A stretch of DNA of 54,893 nucleotides from Acidobacteriota bacterium (GCA_023265155.1 JAHFUL010000003.1:7915-62807); one strand, 5' to 3'; shown: positions 1-9,813, counted from the stretch's first letter. Notes: generated by a model from the sequence alone, not told the origin. Translations and numbers: made by a program.

Positions 1-2
1 TG

Positions 3-779
3 ATCGCCGGGCCGTGCGTGATCGAGAGCGAGCCGCAGGCCGCCGATCTCGCCACACGGTTGACGGATCTCACCAGACGACTGCGCGTGCCCTTCATCTT
101 CAAGGCGTCCTACGACAAGGCGAACCGGACATCGAACCGCTCGTTTCGCGGACCTGGGCTCACGGAGGGCCTGCGTGTCCTCGCCGCGATAAAGTCCCGC
201 CTCCAGGTCCCGATCCTGACCGACATCCATGAGCCGTCCCAGGCCGCCATGGCGGCGGAGGTCGCCGACGTCCTCCAGATCCCCGCCTTTCTCTGTCGGC
301 AGACGGATCTGCTCGTCGCGGCCGCACAAACAGGGCGCGTGGTCAACATCAAGAAGGGACAGTTCCTCGCTCCCGACGATGTCAAGCACGCGGTGGCCAA
401 GGTGAGGGATGCCGGCAATCCGCGCGTGATCGTCACCGAACGCGGCACCAGTTTCGGCTATCACAATCTCGTGGTCGACATGCGCAGCTTTCCGATGATG
501 CGCGAGCAGGGGTTTCCGGTCGTGTTCGATGTGACGCACAGCCTCCAGTTGCCGGGCGGCGGCGACGGCGTCACGACGGGGCTGGCCCGGTACATCGAGC
601 CGTTGGCCTCGGCCGGTGTGGCCGCCGGCGTGGACGGCGTTTTTCTGGAAGTGCACGACGATCCGCCACGCGCGAAGAGCGATGCGCAAAACGCGCTGCG
701 ACTGGATCGACTCGAGCCGCTGCTCCGGCGGCTGATGGCACTCGATGCCATCGCGAAGGGTACGGGGGTTCATGGCTGA
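3..779 (+). CDS. kdsA: KDO-8-phosphate synthase (5' truncated by window edge)
   Basis: IAGPCVIE, FKASYDKANRTS, QIPAFLCRQTDL, KKGQFL, ERG, FDVTHSLQ motifs. Confidence 0.97.
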   Translation: MAGPCVIESEPQAADLATRLTDLTRRLRVPFIFKASYDKANRTSNRSFRGPGLTEGLRVLAAIKSRLQVPILTDIHEPSQAAMAAEVADVLQIPAFLCRQTDLLVAAAQTGRVVNIKKGQFLAPDDVKHAVAKVRDAGNPRVIVTERGTSFGYHNLVVDMRSFPMMREQGFPVVFDVTHSLQLPGGGDGVTTGLARYIEPLASAGVAAGVDGVFLEVHDDPPRAKSDAQNALRLDRLEPLLRRLMALDAIAKGTGVHG

Positions 780-1743
780 TCTCGCGCTCGCGCGAAGGGT
801 CCTCGAGACCGAGGCGGCCGCTATCCAGGCGCTGATACCGCGCCTGAATCACCATTTCGATCAGGCCGTCGATCTGCTCCTCAATTGCCGCGGCCGCGTC
901 ATCGTGACCGGCATGGGCAAGTCGGGCATCATCTGCCGCAAGATTGCCGCGACACTGACCAGCACCGGCACCCCGGCGCTTTTCCTGAGCCCCGCTGAAG
1001 CCGTCCACGGCGATCTCGGCGTCATCCAGGCCGACGATGTGGTGCTCGCGCTGTCGAACAGCGGCGAGACCGAGATTCTTCAACTCCTGGAGACGATCCG
1101 ACGCCTGGGGACCAAACTGATCGCGATTACAGGCGGGGGCAACTCCACGCTTGCTCAGGCCGCGGACGTCGCGCTCGATTGCAGCGTGACCGAAGAAGCC
1201 TGTCCGCTGAATCTGGTTCCCACGGCAAGCACCACCGCGGCGCTCGCCATCGGAGACGCTCTGGCCGTCACCCTTGCGGCAGAAAAGGGTTTCAAGCAGG
1301 AGGACTTCGCCAACCTTCACCCTGGCGGCAAGCTGGGCAAGCGGCTCATGCGGGTGGCGCAGCTGATGCACAGCGGCAAGCAATGCCCCACCGTGCGCGC
1401 CGACACCCGCATGCGCGACGTCATCTACGAGATGTCGAGCAAGGGGCTGGGCATGACCTGCGTCGTGGACGCGGACGGGAAACTGCTCGGGATCATCACC
1501 GACGGAGACCTGCGGCGCCAGATGGAGCGGGTTTCCGACATCCTCGAGCTCAGAGCCGGCGACGCGATGACGCCGGGCCCGGTGTCCATGCCGCCCACGA
1601 CGCTCGCGGTCGAAGCGCTGCACATCATGGAGCAGCGCAAGATCACGTCGATTGTCGTGATCGATCCCGGCACCGATCGGGTCTCCGGAGTGGTCCATCT
1701 CCACGACCTGTGGGACCGAAATGGTCTGATTCCGGAACCTTGA
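772..1743 (+). CDS. kdsD: Arabinose-5-phosphate isomerase, KpsF/GutQ family (SIS + 2 CBS)
   Basis: TGMGKSG, EAVHGDLG, HPGGKLGKRL, GIITDGDLRR; ATG at 772 overlaps kdsA end. Confidence 0.95.
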   Translation: MADLALARRVLETEAAAIQALIPRLNHHFDQAVDLLLNCRGRVIVTGMGKSGIICRKIAATLTSTGTPALFLSPAEAVHGDLGVIQADDVVLALSNSGETEILQLLETIRRLGTKLIAITGGGNSTLAQAADVALDCSVTEEACPLNLVPTASTTAALAIGDALAVTLAAEKGFKQEDFANLHPGGKLGKRLMRVAQLMHSGKQCPTVRADTRMRDVIYEMSSKGLGMTCVVDADGKLLGIITDGDLRRQMERVSDILELRAGDAMTPGPVSMPPTTLAVEALHIMEQRKITSIVVIDPGTDRVSGVVHLHDLWDRNGLIPEP

Positions 1744-1770
1744 ACCTTGAACCTGGAACCTGGAACCCTT
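1735..1770 (+). repeat. Heptamer tandem repeat (GAACCTT/GAACCTG) at the kdsD/kdsC junction
   Basis: gaaccttgaaccttgaacctggaacctggaacc read directly. Confidence 0.85.
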
Positions 1771-2298
1771 GAGGCAAAAGCCGCGCGGATCAAGCTGCTG
1801 CTGTTCGATGTGGACGGCGTGCTCACCGACGGCGCGGTGATCATTCACGGCGACGGGAGCGAGAGCAAGCGCTTCGGCATCCGGGACGGCATCGCCATGG
1901 TGTGGGCGCAGCGATCCGGCCTGAAGGTGGGGCTGCTTTCGGCGCGAACCTCTGCCACGACGCCGCTACGCGCCGCGCAGCTGGGCATCACGCTCGTCCA
2001 TCAGGGTGTGATGAGCAAGGCTGCCGCGTACGAGCAGATCCTCGTGGACGAGCGTCTGAGCGGCGACGAGGTCGCCTTCATGGGTGACGACATCGTCGAT
2101 CTCGCAGTCCTCGAGCGGGTGGGCCTGTCGGCCGCGCCGGCGGACGCCGTCGCTGAAGTCCGGTCGCGCGTGGATTGGGTGAGCAGCGCTCCGGGCGGCA
2201 ACGGCGCCGCGCGAGAGCTCGTCGAAACGATTCTGCGCGCGCAGAACCTCTGGGAGGCGGTCATGACGCGCTACCTCCGTGAAGGAGCCCTCTCATGA
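1747..2298 (+). CDS. kdsC: KDO-8-phosphate phosphatase (HAD family); start uncertain
   Basis: LLLFDVDGVLTDG, GDDIVD, GGNGAARE; operon context. Confidence 0.93.
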   Translation: MNLEPGTLEAKAARIKLLLFDVDGVLTDGAVIIHGDGSESKRFGIRDGIAMVWAQRSGLKVGLLSARTSATTPLRAAQLGITLVHQGVMSKAAAYEQILVDERLSGDEVAFMGDDIVDLAVLERVGLSAAPADAVAEVRSRVDWVSSAPGGNGAARELVETILRAQNLWEAVMTRYLREGALS

Positions 2299-3503
2299 AT
2301 TTCCTGATGGCCTTGATTGCCCTTCTGGCGGGGCTGGCGATCGGGAAAGCGTGGGAGCGCTACAAGCTGCGCGGAGGCAAATGGATCGACCGCCGGCGGG
2401 CGCGGGAATCACCTCACTACATCCTCGGCCTGAACTTCCTCGTCGCCAATCAGATTGATCTGGCGATCGAAGAATTGAGCCGGGCCGCCAGCCTCGACTC
2501 GGACGCGCTCGAAGTGCACATGATCCTGGGGAACCTGTACCGGGAAAAAGGGCAGGTCGGCAAGGCGATCACCGTGCATCAGTCGCTGTTGCAACGGTCG
2601 AGCCTGAGCCGGCTGGAGCACGCCTACGTCCTGCTGTGCCTCGGACTGGACTACAAGCGCGGCGGGTTCGTGGATCGCGCGCTCGAAGCGTTCAATGAGG
2701 TGCTGCGGCTCGATCCCAAGAACGAGTACGCGCTCATCAACCTGCAGAAGCTGCATGAAGAACAGCACGCGTGGACCGATGCGTACGACACGCGGCAGCG
2801 GCTCACAAAGCTGGCCGCCACCGACTCGCAGCCGCAGAGCCAGGCCATTCTGGCGTTCCTTGAAAACGAGATTGGCCTCGAGGCCGTGCGGCGGAAGGAC
2901 TACCACGAGGCTACACGCCGGTTTCAGGCCGCCATCGACCTGGATCCGCGTGCGGTGCCGGCCTATCTCAATCTCGGCGACGTGCGCATGGCCCAGGAAA
3001 ACGAAAAGGGAGCGGCGGCGATCTGGGACACGCTGGTGCAGGTCGCTCCCGATCGCGCCTATCTCGCATTCGACCGGATCGAAAAGCTCGCCGTGCTGAG
3101 CGGCAATCCGGAACGCTTCACACGGCTCTGCCAGCGGCTCATCGGAGACAATCCGCAGGACTGGCGCGCACGACTCGCGTTGTCACGCCACCTCGCCGCG
3201 AGCGGCCGGCCGCAGGAAGCCTTGGATTTGCTCTTCGCCGCCCTCGTCCAGAACCCGCACGCACTCGGTATTCACCAGGCCATCTGGCGCGCGCTGGGGC
3301 AGCTGCGTCATCCGGCGTCTCTCGTGGATCGATACGGAGAGCTGACCGAGCACGCCGTCTTCTACCTGGACCCGCACGTCTGCATGCGCTGCCGCTACCG
3401 CAGCACCGAGCTGCTGTGGCAGTGCCCGCATTGTCACGACTGGAACACGTTCGTGGAAGAACGCATCGCGCCCGCCCAGGACGCAACAGAGGTGGAGGTC
3501 TAG
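2295..3503 (+). CDS. lapB: LPS assembly protein B (TM + TPR + rubredoxin-like domain)
   Basis: N-terminal TM, LGNLYREKG..AI.VHQSL TPRs, C-terminal CMRC...WQCPHC. Confidence 0.88.
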   Translation: MNFLMALIALLAGLAIGKAWERYKLRGGKWIDRRRARESPHYILGLNFLVANQIDLAIEELSRAASLDSDALEVHMILGNLYREKGQVGKAITVHQSLLQRSSLSRLEHAYVLLCLGLDYKRGGFVDRALEAFNEVLRLDPKNEYALINLQKLHEEQHAWTDAYDTRQRLTKLAATDSQPQSQAILAFLENEIGLEAVRRKDYHEATRRFQAAIDLDPRAVPAYLNLGDVRMAQENEKGAAAIWDTLVQVAPDRAYLAFDRIEKLAVLSGNPERFTRLCQRLIGDNPQDWRARLALSRHLAASGRPQEALDLLFAALVQNPHALGIHQAIWRALGQLRHPASLVDRYGELTEHAVFYLDPHVCMRCRYRSTELLWQCPHCHDWNTFVEERIAPAQDATEVEV

Positions 3504-3607
3504 GGAACAGCGTGTGATGACCGGTGCCGACGGCGTTGCGACAGCAAGTCGATCGATGGGCTGAGACGTGGCTCACGGCGAAGTTCTCACCTGGCTGGCG
3601 CGCTGGC

Positions 3608-3706
3608 GCCCGGAGCGCACCGTTCGAGGCGGGCGAGCAGAAACAGGTGGCCGTGAAGGTCATCGACGACCGTGGCAACGAGCTGGTGGTCGTAAGGGCG
3701 CTTCAG
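3608..3706 (+). pseudogene. C-terminal remnant of a site-specific DNA methyltransferase (type III Mod-like)
   Basis: SAPFEAGEQKQVAVKVIDDRGNELVVVR resembles the conserved ...IAVKVIDDRGNE... C-terminus of these MTases; rest of gene absent. Confidence 0.7.
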
Positions 3707-3710
3707 TCAA

Positions 3711-4181
3711 ATGGATTTCGATGTTCTGAAACGGGTGCTCGCCGCTCTCGAATCCAGGGGCGTGAAGTACGCGATCTTCGGCGCCGTCGCGTTGAACCTC
3801 CACGGTCTTGCGCGGTTTACGGAAGACCTCGACATCTTTATCGCACCCGAGGAAGCCAACATCGATCGGCTGAAACTGGCGCTGCGGGATGTCCATGACG
3901 ATCCGGAGATCGAGCACATCACGGCAGGGGATCTGCTCGGCGAGTACCCGGCAGTCCAATACAATCCGCCCGGCGGCTCGTTTCATCTGGACATACTCAC
4001 GCGACTGGGCGAGGCGTTTGCTTTTGCTGACCTCGAGACCGAGCGGGTGCCCTGTCAGGATCTCACCGTGACGGTCGTCACACCACGTATGCTCTACAAG
4101 ATGAAGAAGGACACGATCCGGTTACAAGATCGGGCCGACGCGGAACTCCTTCGCCGCCGTTTTGACCTGGAGAAGGACTGA
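3711..4181 (+). CDS. Minimal nucleotidyltransferase family protein
   Basis: YAIFGAVALNLHG..RFTEDLDIF and K...R.QDRAD motifs. Confidence 0.8.
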   Translation: MDFDVLKRVLAALESRGVKYAIFGAVALNLHGLARFTEDLDIFIAPEEANIDRLKLALRDVHDDPEIEHITAGDLLGEYPAVQYNPPGGSFHLDILTRLGEAFAFADLETERVPCQDLTVTVVTPRMLYKMKKDTIRLQDRADAELLRRRFDLEKD

Positions 4182-4423
4182 TGCCCGTACGCAAATTTCG
4201 TTCGGTCGAAGAAATGAACCAGCCGACCTGGCGCCGGCCCGGCGATCCAGAGCTCTACCGGGCAATCGCGAGCGTTTGGGAGTTCGGCCGGCGCACGAAC
4301 CCACGGCGATTTCCGCCAGGTGTTCACAAGTACCGCTCGATTGAAGAGATGAGCCGCGCACGGGACCAGTGGGAGGCCGAACACGTCGCGGCGCTTCAGC
4401 GGCAACGACACGGCGACGCATGA
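4181..4423 (+). CDS. Small hypothetical protein, probable partner of the nucleotidyltransferase
   Basis: Start overlaps upstream stop; internal repeat VRKFRSVEEM / VHKYRSIEEM. Confidence 0.7.
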   Translation: MPVRKFRSVEEMNQPTWRRPGDPELYRAIASVWEFGRRTNPRRFPPGVHKYRSIEEMSRARDQWEAEHVAALQRQRHGDA

Positions 4424-4533
4424 GCGACTTCGAAGTCCCCGAAGCGATCATCTGCTCGCCGTGCGGGGAGCCTGCGCATCAGCCCAGGGTCCGATGCCAA
4501 CGGCGCCGTCTTTTCCGTATTCTCGGGTCCTGA
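4420..4533 (+). pseudogene. N-terminal remnant of a type III restriction (Res-like) subunit
   Basis: ATGA overlap; MSDFEVPEAIICSPCGEPAH resembles the M..EV..PI.NSPF.EP..H start of Res-like helicases; stop after 37 aa. Confidence 0.55.
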
Positions 4534-4539
4534 AGCACC

Positions 4540-4617
4540 AGATCCTCACCTTACTTGGATCCTCAAATCCTTAGATCCTCAAATCCTTAGACCCTGACAT
4601 CCTCAGATCGCTAAATT
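4540..4617 (+). repeat. Octamer tandem repeats (AGATCCTC/AAATCCTT) overlapping the coaE 3' end
   Basis: gatcctcaaatccttagatcctcaaatccttagaccctgacatcctcagatc. Confidence 0.8.
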
Positions 4618-5196
4618 CCCGAGAATCTCCTCCACTCCGGCGTCTGTCTGGGCAAACGTCCCATCGGTGCGGATCACGAAGTCGGCGCGCGCGGCTTTTT
4701 CGTCCGCCGGCATCTGAGCGGCAAGCCGCTGGTCGGCCTCCAGTTCGGTCATTCCTCGCTTCAGGAGTCGGGCGAGCTGCATCGGCCGAGGACACACGGT
4801 CGCGATGACGCGATCGAAGTCCGCATGCCGGCCCGTTTCATACAGCAGCGGAATGTCGACGATGGCGAGCGGAGAGCCGCCGACGAGCTCGAACCCCCGC
4901 AACCCCGCGGTGATCGCGCGATAGACGGCCGGATGCACAATCGCTTCGAGGTCGCGCCTGGCGGCCGCGTCGGCGAAGACTATGGTCGCCAGCTTGCGCC
5001 GATCGACCGATCCATCGGTATCGAGGATTCCGGGACCGAACCGCTCGACAATCGCGCGCGTCCCCTCCGTGCCCGCCTCGGTGACGCCGCGGGCTAGTTC
5101 ATCCGCATCGAGACAGGGCACGCCAAGGCGCCTGAATCGTTCGAGGACATAGCTCTTCCCCGTCGCGATGCCTCCGGTCAGAGCGACTCGCTTCAT
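4603..5196 (-). CDS. coaE: Dephospho-CoA kinase
   Basis: ALTGGIATGKS, DADELAR, LEAIVHPAV, DIPLLYE. Confidence 0.96.
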   Translation of the reverse strand: MKRVALTGGIATGKSYVLERFRRLGVPCLDADELARGVTEAGTEGTRAIVERFGPGILDTDGSVDRRKLATIVFADAAARRDLEAIVHPAVYRAITAGLRGFELVGGSPLAIVDIPLLYETGRHADFDRVIATVCPRPMQLARLLKRGMTELEADQRLAAQMPADEKAARADFVIRTDGTFAQTDAGVEEILGNLAI

Positions 5197-5250
5197 ATAA
5201 CTGGGGCTGGTTGGGCCGGTCGGCCTGGTAAGGCTGGTGGGACGGTCGGT

Positions 5251-5405
5251 TACTCGTAGTGCAGGACTTTTAGTCCTGCTTGAAGCAGACCTAAAGGTCC
5301 GCGCTACGAGTACCGCTTGCTTATCGTTCGTCGTACTCGTAGTGCAGGACTTTTAGTCCTGCTTGAACGGCAGACCTAAAGGTCCGCGCTACGAGTACCG
5401 CTTGC
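5251..5405. repeat. Two tandem REP doublets (GTAGTGCAGGACTTTTAGTCCTGC ... GCAGACCTAAAGGTCCGCGCTAC)
   Basis: Near-identical units 5251-5320 and 5334-5405, each with GTAG/CTAC feet and internal palindromes. Confidence 0.85.
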
Positions 5406-5465
5406 CCTACCTGGCCCACCTAGCCCCACCTGCCCCACCTGCCCTACCTGCCCTACCTGCCCCTA
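5404..5465 (+). repeat. Nonamer tandem repeat (CCTGCCCYA), loosely mirrored by G-rich 5201-5245
   Basis: ccccacctgccccacctgccctacctgccctacctgcccc. Confidence 0.8.
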
Positions 5466-6391
5466 TTCTCCAGTCGCAGTTCAGCCGCGCGCAGTGTGTT
5501 CTTCAACAACATAACGACGGTGAGCGGGCCAACTCCGCCGGGAACCGGCGTCAGCGCTCCCGCCACGTCGACGACCTCGGGGTGCACGTCGCCCACCACC
5601 AGCGACCCGCGGCGGTTGAACGTCTCGCGTCGCACGGAGCCCGCGATGTACAACCGCTCCACGGTCGCCCGATCGGTCACGTGGGTCGTCCCGACATCGA
5701 TGACAGTCGCGCCGGGCTTGACGAAATCGGCGGTGACAAATCCCGGACGCCCGATAGCCGACACCAGGATGTCCGCCTGTCTCGCCACGACGGCGAGATC
5801 AGTCGTTCGCGAATGGCAGATCGTGACCGTCGCATTCCGATGCAGCAGCAGCAGCGCCATCGGCTTGCCGACGATGTCGCTCCGTCCGATGACCACGGCA
5901 CGCTGACTGGCGATGCCGATGCCCGATCGCTCCAGCAGCTCGATGACCCCGGACGGTGTGCCTGCAGCGATCGTGGGCCGGTTCTGCACCAGCCGCCCGA
6001 CGCTCGTCGGGTGGAACCCGTCGACGTCCTTCTCCGCGGCGATCGCGTCGAACACCCGGCGCTCGGCATCGGGACCCATGGCATCGGGCAGGGGCGATTG
6101 CACGAGAATGCCATCGTGCGCGTCGCTTCGATTGAGCCGGTCCACGACGCTCACGAGCTCGGCGAGCGACGCCGAGGCCGGCAGACGCTCCAGATCGGCG
6201 CGCAGTCCATTCTCGCCTGCAGATTTCAGTTTGAGCCGGACGTAGATCGCCGACGCCGGATCGTCGCCGACGAGGACGATGCCAAGCCCCGGTGGCCGTC
6301 CGGCGCGCGCGGTGAACGCGTCGATGGCGGGCCGCACCTCCGCCCGAATCTGGTCAGCGATGGCCTGGCCATTGAGTAGACGCGCGGCCAT
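5453..6391 (-). CDS. folD: Methylene-THF dehydrogenase/cyclohydrolase
   Basis: LVGDDPAS.IY, KDVDGFHP, GRSDIVGKP, TPVPGGVGPLT. Confidence 0.97.
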   Translation of the reverse strand: MAARLLNGQAIADQIRAEVRPAIDAFTARAGRPPGLGIVLVGDDPASAIYVRLKLKSAGENGLRADLERLPASASLAELVSVVDRLNRSDAHDGILVQSPLPDAMGPDAERRVFDAIAAEKDVDGFHPTSVGRLVQNRPTIAAGTPSGVIELLERSGIGIASQRAVVIGRSDIVGKPMALLLLHRNATVTICHSRTTDLAVVARQADILVSAIGRPGFVTADFVKPGATVIDVGTTHVTDRATVERLYIAGSVRRETFNRRGSLVVGDVHPEVVDVAGALTPVPGGVGPLTVVMLLKNTLRAAELRLENRGR

Positions 6392-6559
6392 CAGAACGCC
6401 GGCTCCATATCGATCCTCTGCGACGCCATTCTAGTTCGATCTGGCAGCCTCATCGGCACCACGCGCGCTGTTGGCGGGGATCCAGCCACGTTGACTTTTC
6501 GCGCGACATGCCGGATTCTGCATGCGCGGCGCAGTCAGTGATAGTCTCGGGGCTGAACG

Positions 6560-6606
6560 GGGGTCTGACCCCTTTCTTTGCGCGAGTAGAAAAGGGGTCT
6601 GACCCC
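6560..6606. repeat. Pair of GGGGTCTGACCCC palindromes (REP-like)
   Basis: Copies at 6560-6572 and 6594-6606, linked by a tttct...agaaa stem. Confidence 0.75.
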
Positions 6607-6689
6607 CTTGTCGGGCCAGTACGCGGAGGACATTGATGGCTAGCGGTGCGCATTCCGGACGATATCTACAGACCCGGTGGACATCCCAG

Positions 6690-7850
6690 ATGCGGCGGAT
6701 GGGTCCCTTCGTCGCAGGCGTGGTGATGCTCTCGCTGGCTGGCGCATGCGAGCGCCGGCAAGGCGCAGCAGCCGACAGCGGCGGGGAGATCGTCGTCGGG
6801 ATGTACGGATCGCTGACCGGTGACGGCGCCTCCTTCGGTCAGTCGTCGAAAGAAGGCACCGAGCTTGGCGTCGAGGAAATCAACACTGCGGGGGGACTCC
6901 TCGGCGGGCGCAAGTTCAGGCTGCTCATCGAAGACGACCAGAGCAAGCCCGAAGAAGCCTCGAACGCCGTCACGAAGCTCATTTCGCAGGACAAGGTCGT
7001 GGCGGTGCTGGGCGAGGTCGCCAGTCGCCGCTCGCTGGCCGCGGCGCCCATCGCCCAGAAGTTCCAGATCCCCATGATTACGCCCTCGTCCACCAACGAG
7101 CGCGTCACCGAGGTGGGCGATTACATCTTCCGGGTCTGCTTCATCGATCCGTTCCAGGGTGAAGTTCTGGCCAAATTCGCCTTCAACGATCTCAAAGCGA
7201 AGAAGGTCGCCATCCTCAAGGATATTCAGCAGGATTACTCGGTCGGTCTCACCGACTCGATCGCGAGCCACTTCAAGGCGCTCGGCGGCGAGGTGCTCGA
7301 TCCGGTCAGCTACACATCGGGCGACTCCGACTTCAAGGCGATCCTGACCCAGGTCCGCAGCCAGAAACCTGCGGCCGTTTTCGTCACCGGCTACTATCCG
7401 GAGGCGGCGATCATCACGCGTCAGGCGCGGGAGCTCGGCATGACCATGCCGATTCTCGGCGGCGACGGCTGGGTGGGAGACGCGCTCAAGAACGGCCGCG
7501 AGGCGCTCAACAACACCTATATCTCGAATCACTATTCGGCCGACAACCCCGACCCGCTCGTGCAGACGTTCGTGAAGTCGTACCGCGCAAGATACAACCG
7601 CGAGCCGGACGCGATCGCCGCGCTGGCCTACGATGCAGTGAAGGTGCTCGCCGACTCCATGACGCGGGCCGGATCGACCGAGGGCCCCAAAGTGCGCAAC
7701 GCGCTGGCGTCGGCCGACCTCCCGGGCGTCACCGGCCGGCTGAAGATGAACGAGAAGCGCAACGTTGACAAGCCGGCGGTGATTCAACAGGTCACGTTCG
7801 TCAACGGCGAGGTGAAGTTCGTCTACAAGGCCACGATCAATCCGGGCTAG
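6690..7850 (+). CDS. livK: Branched-chain amino acid ABC transporter substrate-binding lipoprotein (start uncertain)
   Basis: Lipobox LAGAC; LTG.GASFG, EDDQSKP, YIFRVCFIDPFQG. Confidence 0.9.
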   Translation: MRRMGPFVAGVVMLSLAGACERRQGAAADSGGEIVVGMYGSLTGDGASFGQSSKEGTELGVEEINTAGGLLGGRKFRLLIEDDQSKPEEASNAVTKLISQDKVVAVLGEVASRRSLAAAPIAQKFQIPMITPSSTNERVTEVGDYIFRVCFIDPFQGEVLAKFAFNDLKAKKVAILKDIQQDYSVGLTDSIASHFKALGGEVLDPVSYTSGDSDFKAILTQVRSQKPAAVFVTGYYPEAAIITRQARELGMTMPILGGDGWVGDALKNGREALNNTYISNHYSADNPDPLVQTFVKSYRARYNREPDAIAALAYDAVKVLADSMTRAGSTEGPKVRNALASADLPGVTGRLKMNEKRNVDKPAVIQQVTFVNGEVKFVYKATINPG

Positions 7851-7856
7851 TCGATC

Positions 7857-8756
7857 GTGGAAACGTTCCTCCAGCAGCTCATCAACGGTTTTTCACTCGG
7901 CGCCATTTACGCCCTCATCGCCCTCGGGTACACGATGGTGTACGGCGTCCTGCGCCTCATCAATTTTGCTCACGGCGATGTGTACATGCTCGGGGCGTTT
8001 GCGGGATATTTCATCGCCAACGCCCTCGAGCTGGATGCCAATCCGTCGATCTTCGGGACGATCGTCGTGACGATCGGTTCCATGGGGATCTGCGCGTGCA
8101 TCGGCGTGCTCATCGAGCGATTCGCCTATCGGCCGGTCCGGTCCCATTCACGCCTCACGTCGCTCATCACGGCAATCGGCGTCTCGCTGCTCCTCGAGTA
8201 CGGCGGACAGGTGGTCTTCGGAGCAACGCCCCGCTTCTTTCCGCAGATGATTCGCTCCCGCACCTACGCGTTCGGGGGGGTGCAGATCACGAATCAAAGC
8301 CTGCTCATCATCATCGTCGCCGTGGTCGTGATGTTCGGCCTGGAATTCGTGGTGCACCGGACAAAGATCGGCAAGGCCATGCGGGCGACCTCCTTCAACC
8401 TCTCGGTCGCGAAGCTGATGGGCATCAACACGGATTTCGTCATCGCGTTCACCTTCGCCCTGGGGTCGGCGCTGGCGGCGGCCGGAGGTGTGATGGTGGC
8501 CCTGGCGATTCCGAGGATCGACCCGTTGATGGGCCTGATGACCGGACTGAAGGCATTCGTCGCAGCCGTGCTCGGCGGGATCGGCAGCATCCCCGGCGCG
8601 ATGGTGGGCGGAGTCCTCATCGGATTGATGGAAACCTGGCTTGGCGCGACTGCGTACTCGACGTACCGCGACGCGGTGGCCTTCAGCGTGCTCATTCTCA
8701 TCCTGCTGTTCAGACCTGCGGGAATCATGGGGACCGCCACGACAGAGAAGGTCTAG
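7857..8756 (+). CDS. livH: BCAA ABC transporter permease
   Basis: LIALGYTMVYGVLRLINFAHG, KAFVAAVLGGIG. Confidence 0.95.
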   Translation: METFLQQLINGFSLGAIYALIALGYTMVYGVLRLINFAHGDVYMLGAFAGYFIANALELDANPSIFGTIVVTIGSMGICACIGVLIERFAYRPVRSHSRLTSLITAIGVSLLLEYGGQVVFGATPRFFPQMIRSRTYAFGGVQITNQSLLIIIVAVVVMFGLEFVVHRTKIGKAMRATSFNLSVAKLMGINTDFVIAFTFALGSALAAAGGVMVALAIPRIDPLMGLMTGLKAFVAAVLGGIGSIPGAMVGGVLIGLMETWLGATAYSTYRDAVAFSVLILILLFRPAGIMGTATTEKV

Positions 8757-8760
8757 GTTC

Positions 8761-9813
8761 GTGCGCCTCTCCCGCAAACTGCTCGCCATCGGCCTCGGGA
8801 CCGCAGCCCTGGTCGCGCTCAACCAGATGTTCGAGCACGGCCTCGGCAATTTTCAGATCAATCCCTACTACGCCCGCATCATCAACCTCATTGGCATCAA
8901 CGTCACGCTCGCCGTGAGCCTGAACCTGATCAACGGGCTCGCCGGGCAGTTTTCGATCGGGCACGCGGGATTCATGGCCGTGGGCGGATATACCGCGACC
9001 TACCTCACCGTCTATCACGGGAAGGCGATCGCAGCGCTGGCCGGCAGCACGCTCAGTGACGGCGTGGGCGCGTCGCTCGCGATGGTCGCGAGCCTTGCGG
9101 TCGGAGCGCTCGCAGCGGCGCTGGCGGGATTGCTCGTTGGCATTCCTTCATTACGGCTCAGGGGCGACTATCTGGCGATCGTCACGCTCGGCTTCTCCGA
9201 GATCATCCGCGTCCTCATCCTCAACATCCCGGCGGTCGGCGGCGCCACCGGATTCACCGATGCGATTCCCATCACGAACTTCTTCTGGATTTTCGCCATG
9301 GCCATCCTGACGATCATGGTCGTGCGCAACATCGCGACGTCGACCTTTGGTCATGCGCTCGCGACGATCCGGGGAGACGAGATTGCCGCCGAGGCCATGG
9401 GCATCAACACGACGCGCCACAAGGTGCTCGCCTTCGTCATCAGCGCGGCCTTCGCGGGCGTGGCGGGCGGGCTGTCCGGCCAGTTGTTCGCCAATCCTCT
9501 CAATCCCCAGAACCTCAATTTCGTGAAGTCGATCGAAGTGATCGTCATGATCGTGCTGGGCGGGATCGGCTCGATTACCGGCGCGACCCTCGGAGCCACG
9601 ATTCTGACCGTGCTGCCAGAAGCCCTGCGAACGTTCGATCGGCAGTTTCCCGGACTGCGGATGGTGGTGTATGCCCTGCTGCTCATTCTGATGATGATCT
9701 TCCGGCCGCAAGGCCTGCTCGGGCGGCGGGAGCTCAGCTGGAGTTGGCTGGGAGCCGGCCGCCGAACGAAGCAGCCGATCGGACGATCGGGGACTGGAGG
9801 ACTGGCCAGATGA
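8761..9813 (+). CDS. livM: BCAA ABC transporter permease
   Basis: GQFSIGHAGF, LRLRGDYLAIVTLGF; GTG start at 8761. Confidence 0.93.
   Translation: MRLSRKLLAIGLGTAALVALNQMFEHGLGNFQINPYYARIINLIGINVTLAVSLNLINGLAGQFSIGHAGFMAVGGYTATYLTVYHGKAIAALAGSTLSDGVGASLAMVASLAVGALAAALAGLLVGIPSLRLRGDYLAIVTLGFSEIIRVLILNIPAVGGATGFTDAIPITNFFWIFAMAILTIMVVRNIATSTFGHALATIRGDEIAAEAMGINTTRHKVLAFVISAAFAGVAGGLSGQLFANPLNPQNLNFVKSIEVIVMIVLGGIGSITGATLGATILTVLPEALRTFDRQFPGLRMVVYALLLILMMIFRPQGLLGRRELSWSWLGAGRRTKQPIGRSGTGGLAR

Noticed and set aside
5251..5405. CRISPR-like repeat
   Set aside because: Only two long palindromic units, no unique spacers of constant length and no cas genes; fits REP doublets.
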